64,000 bases of DNA from an uncultured Bacilli bacterium (GCA_934699525.1 CAKUWP010000008.1:5603-69602); one strand, 5' to 3'. Counted from the first letter of the stretch, positions 30,630-40,780 are shown. Translations and numbers: made by a program. Notes: generated from the sequence alone by a model not told the origin.

Positions 30630-31561
30630 GCGAACCTCCTCCCCAATTTGTTCATCAATGCCTTAACGGCAAGCGAAACCGTCGCGCTGATGAATAGCAT
30701 CACGATCGCCGCCGCATAAGAGAAAGCCACGCGAGACCTCGACGTACCATAAAGATACACGTATAAGCCCATAACCATGGCGTTGTTGTTAAGTCCTCCG
30801 TTCGGCAAGAAGACATTTACAATCGCGAAGTTTCCGCCCAAGGACTGATAAAGAATGGAAACGACCATAAAGGTCACTTCCAACCACACAGCCGGCATCG
30901 TGATATGAAATAGTTGTTGCCAAGATGACGCTCCATCGATTTCAGAAGCCTCATATAAATCCAAGGGAATTTGATTGATGGAAGAGATCATGGTCAGCAT
31001 GAAAAGCCCTACGCCGCACCAGGAAGCGACAAACCCAATGCAAAGCAACGGGTATTGGGTCAGCCAATCCACCGCCCCTTCTTTATTGAATAGACCTATA
31101 AAAGCATTGAGCAAGCCAGACTGGCCCGCCATGAAGACAAAGCTCCATAGCGAGCCAATAATGACCGTAGAAAGAATATTAGGAAGATAGAAGAGGAATT
31201 TATAGGTGATAACCTCTCCTGTTTTAAGGCGGAACCTCGTTAACGACACGGCGAAGAGAACAGTCAACAAAATGATGATCACCTCTTTGATGCCTGTGAT
31301 GATGAAGTCGTTGGAAACCGCCTTCCAAAAAACGGGATCCATCAGCACTTCTTTATAATTATCCACCCCAATCCATTCTTTCGTGCGATACCCCCTCCAG
31401 TTCGTAAAGGAATCCAAGACGGACTGAAAAATCGGGTATACGCAGAAAAGGAGGTAAACTAGGAAGGGAAGCAGGCAAAACAAGGAAGCAAAAAGGATCT
31501 TCCATCCGTCGATTCGCCGACGCGATTTCCCGTTGGATTTTCGAAGTGCTGAGGTCGTCAT
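30626..31561 (-). CDS. carbohydrate ABC transporter permease (MalF-like)
   Basis: ...LYEASEIDGASSWQQLFHITMPAV... Start set at MTTSALRK (ATG ending at 31561), immediately after the SBP stop. Confidence 0.85.
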   Translation of the reverse strand: MTTSALRKSNGKSRRRIDGWKILFASLFCLLPFLVYLLFCVYPIFQSVLDSFTNWRGYRTKEWIGVDNYKEVLMDPVFWKAVSNDFIITGIKEVIIILLTVLFAVSLTRFRLKTGEVITYKFLFYLPNILSTVIIGSLWSFVFMAGQSGLLNAFIGLFNKEGAVDWLTQYPLLCIGFVASWCGVGLFMLTMISSINQIPLDLYEASEIDGASSWQQLFHITMPAVWLEVTFMVVSILYQSLGGNFAIVNVFLPNGGLNNNAMVMGLYVYLYGTSRSRVAFSYAAAIVMLFISATVSLAVKALMNKLGRRFA

Positions 31562-31562
31562 T

Positions 31563-32870
31563 TTATTTCCCGGACAATTCTTTGGTAGCGGCAGCAACGA
31601 TGTTATTGATAACCGTATCCACCGCCGTCGGATCGTTTACCAAGGTGTTAACCCCGTCGTTGATGGCTTTGTCGACGCCACCCCACGACCCATTGTTGGA
31701 CGCGTGTTTGTATGCGGGGTTATTGAAGACCGATTGCGTATAGGCCAAAACATCGGAAACCTTATCGTCATTGGTGAAGTCCACTTTGGTGGGTACGGGA
31801 GAGTCCGAAGCATAGGCGAATTGCTTTTGAACGTCATCGCGATAAAGATACGTCATGAATTCCTTGGCAGCTTTCTTGTTGGAAGCTTCCTTGGCTACGG
31901 CGCAGGTAATCGAAGTCGTAACAATATATTGCTGCTTTTGAACTAACGGAGACGGGGCGTAGCGCATTTTGAATCCTTCAGGGATATCCTTTTCCATTTC
32001 GCCACGGAGCCAAAGTCCGTTGGGGATTAACGCCGCTTCGTGATTTAGCCACCTCAATTGGCTGCCGGTGTGATCCGCAGAAATGCAGTCCGCCACAACG
32101 CGGTCATTGGTTTGAACAAAGTCGGCAAACCGTTGAATAACCGATTTGAATTCCGCGGTTTTATAAACATCAGCGTCTTTGCAGTTCATGATGCGGCCAA
32201 AGATTTCGTCGCCAAGCTCTGCAAAAGCGGGGACCAAAAACCCTTGGGTCAAATAACCAGAATAGATTCCGGGATAAATGAGAGTTTTCATTCCAGATTC
32301 GTCAGCCTTGATCGTGTTGGCAAACGATTTCAAATCATTGTAGTTGGAGGGCATGGAATAGCCTTTCTCCTCGAAAAGGGCTTCGTCATACCACATACCC
32401 CAGGCGTTAAGGACCAAGGGGGCGCCGTAAGAAATCGTTTTACCCTTATCGTCCGTATAAGTTCTCCAGTAGGCGGAATCGACTTTATCGGAAATCTTGA
32501 CGTTTTCACCAGGAACCAAAGCCGTCGACGACCATTCGGACAAATCTTCGAGCAATCCTTCCTTTAGCCACGTATCGCGATCCTGCGTGCCGTCGAGGTA
32601 AACAAAATCGGGAGGGTTTCCATGTTTCCAACGATTCGCGAATTGCTCATTCACGTTGTTGTCCATGTTAGCGCTGATGTCATACTCGGGATGGTCTTTT
32701 TCAAAGAGTTTGAGGGCGTATTCCCATGCGGAAGTTCCGTAGCCACCTGCAAAGATTTGGAGGGTGAATTTTCCTCCTTCGGTGCCGGTTCCACCACCGG
32801 TTCCACCACCGCATCCCGCGAGGAGGATCGAGGTTGCCATCAAGGCGATCATCGTCGTTTTGTTTTTCAT
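31563..32870 (-). CDS. sugar ABC transporter substrate-binding lipoprotein
   Basis: Lipobox LLAGC followed by a Gly-rich linker GGGTGGGTGTEGG. Family-1 SBP-like length (435 aa). Confidence 0.85.
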   Translation of the reverse strand: MKNKTTMIALMATSILLAGCGGGTGGGTGTEGGKFTLQIFAGGYGTSAWEYALKLFEKDHPEYDISANMDNNVNEQFANRWKHGNPPDFVYLDGTQDRDTWLKEGLLEDLSEWSSTALVPGENVKISDKVDSAYWRTYTDDKGKTISYGAPLVLNAWGMWYDEALFEEKGYSMPSNYNDLKSFANTIKADESGMKTLIYPGIYSGYLTQGFLVPAFAELGDEIFGRIMNCKDADVYKTAEFKSVIQRFADFVQTNDRVVADCISADHTGSQLRWLNHEAALIPNGLWLRGEMEKDIPEGFKMRYAPSPLVQKQQYIVTTSITCAVAKEASNKKAAKEFMTYLYRDDVQKQFAYASDSPVPTKVDFTNDDKVSDVLAYTQSVFNNPAYKHASNNGSWGGVDKAINDGVNTLVNDPTAVDTVINNIVAAATKELSGK

Positions 32871-35800
32871 TTTGAAGAATCCTTTCTATTTACTGTTTTC
32901 TTCTTTATCAACGCAGCGATTAAAACCGCTGACATTGCCACCACTTCGGCGCCGCCAATCGCGCCACAAACGCAAAGAACCGCATCCCAGTCCTTCTTGA
33001 CCGTTGGAACCGTCGGCTCATTCGGTTCACTAGGCGGAACGTTTTCTTCTTGCCCATAGCTTCCCGCTGGCATCAAACGATAGAGATAAGTTGTTTTGGC
33101 TTCCAAAGTCGTTTCGAAGGAAGTGATATTTTTCCCGATTAGACGCCCTGCAAAGACATCCACAACATCATAAGCCTTAGGCAAACGAATCGTGCGCTGA
33201 CCTCCGTATGGCGAATCAATGCAAAGATAAGCGTTGGACGAGAAGACAACGTCGCTATAAGAATCGTCATAGACGTGTCCGCCTTCTTGGAGGAGCAAAT
33301 TCCGGACAAACATCGCAGGAACATGGCCGATGCTAGAGAAAACGGTTGTATACGTTCCCCCGTCTTTGCTGGCAGCTTTCTTATAAGCAAGCCCGATATC
33401 TTCCGAACCCAAAATATTTCCAAGGGCAACCGCATTGGCGTCCGTTACCTTTGCAACGGGACTTACCTCCGCGATCTCCGATTTGCCATAAGTGAATCCC
33501 TTCATGTCTTGAAGCAAGGGATCTTCGCTTTCTGCCATTGACTTGACCGCGGTTCTCGGGGTTCCGGAAACCAAGGACACATCCATATCCACCAAATCCG
33601 ATATATTGGCCGCGGACATATCCCCTTCATCTCCATAAATTCCCGGTGTCCCACACCAAATGACGCTAGACCCCGACTTGCGGACCTTGTTTTTGATGGC
33701 TTCACGCGTTTCTTGGTCAAAGCGGTTCCCGACAATCAAATAAACCTTGTAGTCTTTTTCAAAGCCTTTTTTGAAGTCGCTAGCCAATAGGGTGTCATAA
33801 CCGACCCCAATATGGGCAAGGTCTTCTTTTTGACGGCTGAGATTCACCTCAAGTGCGCTATAGGACGCACCGAAGTGATAGGCGTAATCATGAGGCATGT
33901 TGTCTTCGATGACAAAAGCGACCTCGTGATTGTTCTCATTGTCCAATTTCCAAGAGTATTCCCACTCCTTCATCATGAGATAGCAGCAATAATAGATTTC
34001 ATCGTCGTGATACCAACCACCCGTCATGTCATAAATCCAGGCGGCGGCTCCGGTGATCATCGTGTTGCCCATATCGCGTTTCATCAGATTAATCGTGTCT
34101 TCGATGGAATAGGTCTTGCCCCACTCATCCATGGTGGAAGGGTTTTGGTCCGGCATATCGACTTTAACCGTTCGTTCATCGAATTCGGCCATGCAAAGCT
34201 TGCCGGCGTTGACAATTGAAGTGACCGTTTGCATATACGAATTGCTATATCCAGATTGACGGGTCATATAAGAAATCGGCCCGCAGAAGAAATCGATAGG
34301 GAAAGACGAATCCAAGAATTTAGAGAATAAGCTGTTATAAATGCCACTGGACTCGTAGGTCAAAGCATTCGTGATATAGCCTTGATAGGTGCCAGCAAGC
34401 CACTTGCCGTCCGAAACTTCTTTCACCACGGAAGAGAACTCGTAAATCGAATTCGTCACCAGCGTGGATTTAAATTCCTGGTAATCCATGACGTTGCGTT
34501 GCTTCACCCCATCTAGCAAGGAGGGGTAGGTGCTAGGCTCACGCTCGCCATAGCTAGGAATGGTCGCATTCGAAAGGGTGAGACTCGAATCGCCCCACGC
34601 CTTTTGCAAAGCGGAGTCCGTTTTATATTTTTCCGTTAAGAATTCGCGGAAGGTATTCTGCGCAAGTTTGGAGAAATCCGCACAATTCCCTAACTCCATA
34701 CCATATTCTTGCCATTCATAGGTGGCACCTTGAGCGAATTTAACCGCGAAGATATGGGCCGCATAAGGTTGGGCTTTCATGTGTTCCAAAACCGCGCGGA
34801 TATAATCGCAAACATCTTTCACCCAACGTTTGGAAGAATAGGAAACGGAATCGGTTCCACCTTTCGCGCTTAAAGCACGTTCTTCCGGATAACGGTTCAG
34901 CCACCAAGAAGGAGGATCGCAGCTGATCATGACCATGATTTTGGCTTTAGGCGCGCCAGATAAGGTGGTGTAGATTCGTTCGTCAAACGGTTCGAAATTG
35001 TATTTTCCCTCATCCGTCCACGTCGAAGCGCCCGAAATGTTATCAACGACCTTATTGTTTCCCAAGGCAATGAGTTTGACCCCGGCGTCATACATTTTTT
35101 GCGCATAGACGGGTTTGAAATAATTGAGGCCGTCGCTTTGCATCCATAGATAAGGGGCATAGTTCTTTCCGCCAATTTCCAAAATCGTGGAATTGTTCTT
35201 CCTTACCACTTTAGATTCATCCAAATGAATTTCAGTCGGAAGGAGGGAAACGTAATGCCCACGGATTTTGTTATCCATGTAGTCGTCATTGTTAATAATC
35301 TTGATTTTCTCGGTATCAAACTGGAAGAAATAGGACCCTTCTTCCATGTAATCGGGAACATCGACTTCATAGGTCACTTCATTGGCTTGGTTCGGAACCC
35401 ACTCTGTCATAGAAGGCCCCTTGACCTGACGCAGCGAAGATTGAATCGGCGCATCGTCTAAATCGCTGGAATACTTTCCCCAGAAGGACACGCTTAAATC
35501 CAAGGGTTTTTCGATTTTTTCAGCAGGCTTCCAACTAGCCGTAAAGGTCAGAGTATCCCCTAAAACGCATTCGGAAGGCATAGCAATATCGACGAGTTCC
35601 AATTCCAATGACGTTGAAGCGAGCGAAACAAAGGGAATCGATCCCCAAGGCATGCAGCCTACCTCGCCAACCACATACGACTTCACCCAAGAAGAATCAT
35701 CAAAATCAGGTTGAATCCACTCTTCGGCCTCTTCGCCCGTGATGTATTGTTCTTCTAGTTTTCCGGCCGTCTTTGAACATAAGGTTTCTTTATCGGAATA

Positions 35801-37135
35801 AATCGAGAGGACGCGTCCCGACTCGGTAACGATCGTCGCCTCGAAAAGAAGACCAGAATAATACGTGCCGTTGAAAACTCGAGCGGCTAAGACATTTTTG
35901 CCAACCACCAAATCATTGGTTATGTCGATGATGGTGGGCACCGCCCAGCTTCCACCTCTTCCATAGGCTTTTCCATTCACGAAAGTGAAGCGAACATCAT
36001 CCGCGGTAAGCTGCAAACTGGCAGAAGCAACTTTTTCCGTCAATTCAAACGTCTTTCGATACCAACGATTCTGATATTGGGCATCCGAGGTAACGTCTTT
36101 ATCGGGGTACGTGATCCATTTGCCCTGCCATCCAGCCGTTTCGTTGGGGGAATAGGTCATCGTAGCGTGTACGTTGTCAATGAAAAGAGATTCACTCGAT
36201 TGATTTTCAAAAGAAATATAAGTTTTGATTCCTCGCGGCAAGGTGATTTCCACGGATTTTTGTTCCATGGATTCGGTAAGCGTGATTTCTTTCGTGATTT
36301 TTTGAATGGATTGATGTGCGCTATCAAAAGTCTCAAAAAGAACTTGGGCCTTTTCCCCTTCTTTGCCCCGGGCATCGAAAGTAAGGGCGTACCCGCATCC
36401 GCTTTGGAAACGATTGCACACCGTTTTGGCGGTGCCTTCCGGAAGAATTTCTAGTTCTCCCTCTTCCTTTCCTTTGGCTTGTTTTAAATCCCAATTGGGG
36501 AAAGACATGTCCTCTTTAGGGAAAGAGAAGGTTTCATCATAAACATCATCTCCTGTCTTCACGCAATAAAGGGAATCCACGTAAAGATCGGAGCTTCCAT
36601 ATCCCACGACGATATCAACTTTAGCGGAGGCTGCCGTGGATTTGGATTGGAATTCCAAGAAAAATTCCGTCCATTCCGAATAGGTAGAATCCCCATTAAG
36701 TCGCGTATAGGGACCTGTGATCGTGCGAATGGTAGAACCGCTGCTATCCAAGGTCGTGACATTCAAGGTGAGGTTTACGCCATAAGAATTCTTACTGCTA
36801 TAGTAAAAACCCACCCGATAACGCTCTCCCGACTCGATGGGGAAAGGGTTCTCGTTTTGCAACGTTAACACGGCACCATCGTTAGAACGAACAATGTGGC
36901 CGGATTTAGTTCCGTCTCTAGAAGCTTCGGACGTATAGGCGAATTCCTCGGGAATCGAGGCTTTCCAACCACTCTCCGTCTCAAAGCTATATTCTCCATT
37001 AACCGGGGATGTCGCCCCCGCTTTATCCTCGTCGAAAGTTTCTACACCACGACGAGCAAGCGTGGGGATTGCATCTTTAGCATTGCCTGCAAAGAGCAGG
37101 CCCATCATGACGAGAGGAAATAAGAAACGCTTCAT
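32867..37135 (-). CDS. 1422-aa surface protein: signal peptide, CBM-like modules, GH42-like catalytic and trimerisation-type domains, C-terminal TM anchor
   Basis: Signal peptide MKRFLFPLVMMGLLFAGNA. GH42-like FREFLTEKYKTDSALQKAWGD and YKVYLIVGNRFDQETREAIKNKVRKSGSSVIWCGTPG. C-terminal AVLCVCGAIGGAEVVAMSAVLIAALIKKK. Confidence 0.7.
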   Translation of the reverse strand: MKRFLFPLVMMGLLFAGNAKDAIPTLARRGVETFDEDKAGATSPVNGEYSFETESGWKASIPEEFAYTSEASRDGTKSGHIVRSNDGAVLTLQNENPFPIESGERYRVGFYYSSKNSYGVNLTLNVTTLDSSGSTIRTITGPYTRLNGDSTYSEWTEFFLEFQSKSTAASAKVDIVVGYGSSDLYVDSLYCVKTGDDVYDETFSFPKEDMSFPNWDLKQAKGKEEGELEILPEGTAKTVCNRFQSGCGYALTFDARGKEGEKAQVLFETFDSAHQSIQKITKEITLTESMEQKSVEITLPRGIKTYISFENQSSESLFIDNVHATMTYSPNETAGWQGKWITYPDKDVTSDAQYQNRWYRKTFELTEKVASASLQLTADDVRFTFVNGKAYGRGGSWAVPTIIDITNDLVVGKNVLAARVFNGTYYSGLLFEATIVTESGRVLSIYSDKETLCSKTAGKLEEQYITGEEAEEWIQPDFDDSSWVKSYVVGEVGCMPWGSIPFVSLASTSLELELVDIAMPSECVLGDTLTFTASWKPAEKIEKPLDLSVSFWGKYSSDLDDAPIQSSLRQVKGPSMTEWVPNQANEVTYEVDVPDYMEEGSYFFQFDTEKIKIINNDDYMDNKIRGHYVSLLPTEIHLDESKVVRKNNSTILEIGGKNYAPYLWMQSDGLNYFKPVYAQKMYDAGVKLIALGNNKVVDNISGASTWTDEGKYNFEPFDERIYTTLSGAPKAKIMVMISCDPPSWWLNRYPEERALSAKGGTDSVSYSSKRWVKDVCDYIRAVLEHMKAQPYAAHIFAVKFAQGATYEWQEYGMELGNCADFSKLAQNTFREFLTEKYKTDSALQKAWGDSSLTLSNATIPSYGEREPSTYPSLLDGVKQRNVMDYQEFKSTLVTNSIYEFSSVVKEVSDGKWLAGTYQGYITNALTYESSGIYNSLFSKFLDSSFPIDFFCGPISYMTRQSGYSNSYMQTVTSIVNAGKLCMAEFDERTVKVDMPDQNPSTMDEWGKTYSIEDTINLMKRDMGNTMITGAAAWIYDMTGGWYHDDEIYYCCYLMMKEWEYSWKLDNENNHEVAFVIEDNMPHDYAYHFGASYSALEVNLSRQKEDLAHIGVGYDTLLASDFKKGFEKDYKVYLIVGNRFDQETREAIKNKVRKSGSSVIWCGTPGIYGDEGDMSAANISDLVDMDVSLVSGTPRTAVKSMAESEDPLLQDMKGFTYGKSEIAEVSPVAKVTDANAVALGNILGSEDIGLAYKKAASKDGGTYTTVFSSIGHVPAMFVRNLLLQEGGHVYDDSYSDVVFSSNAYLCIDSPYGGQRTIRLPKAYDVVDVFAGRLIGKNITSFETTLEAKTTYLYRLMPAGSYGQEENVPPSEPNEPTVPTVKKDWDAVLCVCGAIGGAEVVAMSAVLIAALIKKKTVNRKDSSK

Positions 37136-38310
37136 ATACGGTATCCCTCCTCTTGCAAGAGATAGTAGGTTTTATAGAGGTCTTCTTCGGGCACTCCCGC
37201 ATCTTTTAAAGCATGGAAGATCTTGCTTTGCAAAGTAGCACCGGGGAACTTCTTAATCTCAGCCACGTAGAAATCATCAATGGATTTCCGGTATCGAAGC
37301 CCAATGTTGGAAAATAACGAGAAGAAATAATCTCGATATAAATCTGCCTCCGAAACACCCAAAAGCCCGTTGACCAAATAGGCAATCATACCGGTTCGAT
37401 CCGTTCCAGCGGTGCAGTGGAAAATAACGGGATAGTTCGATTCGTCCGCCAAGGTGTGGAACACCGTTTTTAGAGTTTCCGAGCATTCATTCTTTAGAAA
37501 GTGGGGGCTGTAATTGGCCCAATTAATGGGGGCTTGGATGTATTTGACGCTATTGGAACCGTAGCTAAGAACGCTTTTGGTGTTGTTCTTCAGTCCACCC
37601 ACCTCGTTATTTTTTACTTCGCGAAGGTCGATTTCCGTCTTGATGCCCAAACGCGCTGCTTCCTTCCGCCCCTCCACCGAAACCGTGGTTTCGACTTTAG
37701 AGGAATTGGAGCGATTGAAAGGCCCACTACGATAAAGCATGCCTTGTTTCACCATGAATTGACCGTCCGAATTACGCCAGCCTCCGCAATCGCGGGCGTT
37801 GATGACGCCATCTAAATTCAAATTGCGAACCATGTTGTTTTCGGTACGGAACCAGAGTTTTTCGCTCGTTGAGGTTTTACCGCCAAATGTTGTTTGGACC
37901 GAATAATAGTAACGGGTGGCCAATTTGAGGTTATACACATAGGCGTGATTACTATTTACTGAATAAACCCACGGATTGGATAAATCCTCATTCTCCGAAA
38001 TGGTTAAGATATAGCTAGGCTTGGCCTTATCCGAAAGCTTTGTCGCCCTCCATTCAACCTTTAAGGCATCTGGACGAGACAGTTCAGCTTCTCCTTTTGC
38101 ATATTTCTCGATGCTGTTATTTCCATCTCGCAGATACTTTTCCTGCAAAACGGTATGGAAACCGAACGGGCTTTCCACCTGAAACAAATGGAGCCCAGCG
38201 GGATTAGGATCACTCTCCTCCGTTCCTTCCGCGTAAAAACCCTCTTGTTGGTTCGGGATCAAAGAACCAATCAACAATGGGAGCAGGAGAAATGGAGTTT
38301 TATTAAACAT
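37132..38310 (-). CDS. secreted Cys-based phosphatase-like protein (tyrosine-phosphatase Y_phosphatase3-like) with N-terminal FN3-like module
   Basis: Signal-like N-terminus. INARDCGGW...GMLYRSG and the CX5R P-loop VIFHCTAGTDRTGMIAYL. ATGA and 8-nt overlaps with both neighbours. Confidence 0.75.
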   Translation of the reverse strand: MFNKTPFLLLPLLIGSLIPNQQEGFYAEGTEESDPNPAGLHLFQVESPFGFHTVLQEKYLRDGNNSIEKYAKGEAELSRPDALKVEWRATKLSDKAKPSYILTISENEDLSNPWVYSVNSNHAYVYNLKLATRYYYSVQTTFGGKTSTSEKLWFRTENNMVRNLNLDGVINARDCGGWRNSDGQFMVKQGMLYRSGPFNRSNSSKVETTVSVEGRKEAARLGIKTEIDLREVKNNEVGGLKNNTKSVLSYGSNSVKYIQAPINWANYSPHFLKNECSETLKTVFHTLADESNYPVIFHCTAGTDRTGMIAYLVNGLLGVSEADLYRDYFFSLFSNIGLRYRKSIDDFYVAEIKKFPGATLQSKIFHALKDAGVPEEDLYKTYYLLQEEGYRI

Positions 38311-40084
38311 GTTTCTTCCCTCTCAAAAGAAGAACAATAGAAATCGCTAACCCTGCTGTAGAAACCGCAAGAATAGAAATGGCAATTGGTAATGCAACCG
38401 CCGCGGAGGTTCCTTTGTTTTCCGAATTGGATCCTTGATCGTTAGAAGCATCGGGGGCCGGCGTTTGGCTCGAGGTTCCTTGAGATGCACTACCCGCAGA
38501 CGTTGAAATGCTTTCTTCCGTTTCGCGAGAAAAAGTTTCCTCGCTACTAGAAGACTGATCAGGAATTTCAGGAAAAACGAAGGCAAAATTTCCGTAAGGG
38601 AATTCATTTTCGCCAAGGTCCCCACTGGAAACGTGTTCCACGATTGAGTATTTAGCGTGTTCCACACCTGCTTCGTCTTTAACAGAGATATTGCGTAAAT
38701 AGGAGAGTTCGGACGTAAAATTCGAGAATTGCAAACGCAAATCTGTATTTTCCGCAGCAGCAAAGGTCCCGGTAACGGTTTCCCAATCGTGGGATTGGCC
38801 ATGATTGGTGATTTGGGCGTTGTTGTAATAGGCGACCCCGTTATAAACGCCTCCCGCAGACGATCCCGAACGAGATTCGTAGGATAACGTGTAAGTTTTG
38901 CCAATTTCTAAACCCAGTTGTTCGTTAGAGAAATGAAGCGATCCGCTGGAAACGGCCCCGAATCCACTATTGCCACCTGCAAAGGCTAACGATCCATCGC
39001 TAGACTTGGAACATCCAACCATTCCTTCGTAAGTGAATCCAGAATAGTCGTATGCTTCGAATCCACCATCTACGAAATAATTGAATCCCTGCTCGTCCAG
39101 GATTTCAATATCGTCCATCCACCATTCTTGATAGGCGAAAAACTGCATCCAGGTCAATGCACAGTTTCCTTTGGCGTTGGACAAAGTAAAGTCAAATTCA
39201 TAGGTCGCCCACTCGGGGTGGGAAACGCCGGTCGGGACGATGTAGGCATACCAGCCGCGTTCCATGGTCGATCCATTGAAATTATCAATGCGAATAGAGA
39301 GTCTATTCGATGCGTTTGGGGTGTTTTTTACGCGGAATCTCAATTTGTATTTCGCGTTCATGATTTGTGGAACGTTTCCCAGGTTAATCTTGATGCCAGC
39401 ATTACTTAAATGAAGGCTTTTCTCTCCGGAAAAAGCATCGTCAGAAAGCCAACTCGATGTCAGTTTCGTCAAACCGCTAGCCTGGTCTTCCGTCGTTTCT
39501 GTAAACATGGTATTGAAAAAATAATTAGGAGCTGGCGACCCGCGAACCGAAACGTCGTTCACAAAAAAGTCTCCATACCCTCTCGCGTAAACGTTTAAGG
39601 TAACCGTCGAACATTCCGTAGAAGTTTGGAAATACCCATATACGTTTTTCCATCCGTTTTGACGGCCTTTCATGTCAAAAATCGTGGAATTTACCACCGA
39701 TCCGTCCGTCTTCTTTTCGGAGGCCTCAAGGATCAAATGATTTTCTTCATCATCCAAACAATCAGAGCGCAAAAACGCTTCTACTTTATAAGAAGTGTTA
39801 GGAGAGGCGACAAAAGCGGTCGAATAAGCTTTGAGGATTCCGCCAGCTTGCCTACGATAAAGCTTTAGCGAATTTCCTTTGGATGCATCCTTGTATGCTG
39901 CTGCATCTAAATAATCGGTGACAATGGGAGCACCGCCCTCATCAAGAGTGGCGACGTTCCATCCATCGGGTAACGTTGCGGGGGCTTCTTCCGCCTGAAC
40001 TAACGTCGGATTTTGGGAAATCCCCATTAACGACACGCTAGATAAGGAAAGAAGAGACAAGAGGAGAATCGCTTTTCTTTTCAT
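38303..40084 (-). CDS. 593-aa surface protein with repeated CBM_4_9-like modules, Ser-rich linker and C-terminal TM anchor
   Basis: Signal peptide MKRKAILLLSLLSLSSVSLMG. Repeated ...GNSLKL...TSYKVEAFLR... type modules. C-terminus ...AVALPIAISILAVSTAGLAISIVLLLRGKKHV. Confidence 0.7.
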   Translation of the reverse strand: MKRKAILLLSLLSLSSVSLMGISQNPTLVQAEEAPATLPDGWNVATLDEGGAPIVTDYLDAAAYKDASKGNSLKLYRRQAGGILKAYSTAFVASPNTSYKVEAFLRSDCLDDEENHLILEASEKKTDGSVVNSTIFDMKGRQNGWKNVYGYFQTSTECSTVTLNVYARGYGDFFVNDVSVRGSPAPNYFFNTMFTETTEDQASGLTKLTSSWLSDDAFSGEKSLHLSNAGIKINLGNVPQIMNAKYKLRFRVKNTPNASNRLSIRIDNFNGSTMERGWYAYIVPTGVSHPEWATYEFDFTLSNAKGNCALTWMQFFAYQEWWMDDIEILDEQGFNYFVDGGFEAYDYSGFTYEGMVGCSKSSDGSLAFAGGNSGFGAVSSGSLHFSNEQLGLEIGKTYTLSYESRSGSSAGGVYNGVAYYNNAQITNHGQSHDWETVTGTFAAAENTDLRLQFSNFTSELSYLRNISVKDEAGVEHAKYSIVEHVSSGDLGENEFPYGNFAFVFPEIPDQSSSSEETFSRETEESISTSAGSASQGTSSQTPAPDASNDQGSNSENKGTSAAVALPIAISILAVSTAGLAISIVLLLRGKKHV

Positions 40085-40384
40085 GGTTCCGTTCCTTTGT
40101 GCTATTCATTTTTCCATAAAAGCCCTTACATTACTTGTTAATGCTACGTTAAAAATATTCTTTTTTCCCGTTTTGCAAAAAACAAAAATCATCAAAGAGC
40201 TAGGTTTTCAACAAGGTGCGTTTTTGCGATTTATTTCTTTTAAATAAGATAACAGGCCTATTTTTTAATCGATTAAACAAAAATGCATTGAATATTTTAG
40301 TTTAATTCCTCCAAAAACCGATCTTCATAAAAATAATGATTTTTCGTTATTTGGTTTTTAGAAGGCGAAACATTCCATTAAAGC

Positions 40385-40780
40385 CTATTTCGCTTCTTCT
40401 TTCGCGGCTTTTTCCACGAAGTTTTTAATGCAATCAAAAGTTTCTTCCGAAATGACATGTTCGATTTCGCAGCAATCTTTTTCCGCCAAATCTTCCGATA
40501 CGCCAAGACGCAACAGGCATTCTTTCAAAACGTGATGACGAGCAAGAACTTTTTCCGCTAATTCACGGCCTTTATCCGTGAGTTTCATATCGCCATAATC
40601 TTTGCGCGTGATAAGGCCGCGATCAATGAGTTCGTGGCCCATTTGGTGGACGGCGGGCTTCGAGATGCCAAGCATTTTGGCAACCAAGGTCGTCTCTAAT
40701 GGTTTCCCTTCTTGCTCGAGCATTAAAAGAGCTTCGCAAAAATCCTCTTGGGAACGGCTATAATCACGCTGAATTTTCAT
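40385..40780 (-). CDS. DtxR/MntR-family metal-dependent transcriptional regulator (short form)
   Basis: ...VAKMLGISKPAVHQMGHELIDRGLITRKDYGDMKLTDKGRELAEKVLARHHVLKECL... Confidence 0.8.
   Translation of the reverse strand: MKIQRDYSRSQEDFCEALLMLEQEGKPLETTLVAKMLGISKPAVHQMGHELIDRGLITRKDYGDMKLTDKGRELAEKVLARHHVLKECLLRLGVSEDLAEKDCCEIEHVISEETFDCIKNFVEKAAKEEAK

Noticed and set aside
38347-38904. 185-aa ORF nested in an alternative frame of the 593-aa CBM-like gene. Similar nested ORFs occur at 25105-25593, 17168-17437 and 39128-39409.
   Set aside because: They are fully embedded in longer ORFs that have signal peptides or domain motifs. Their translations are Arg/Pro/Leu-rich without motifs. They are typical shadow ORFs.
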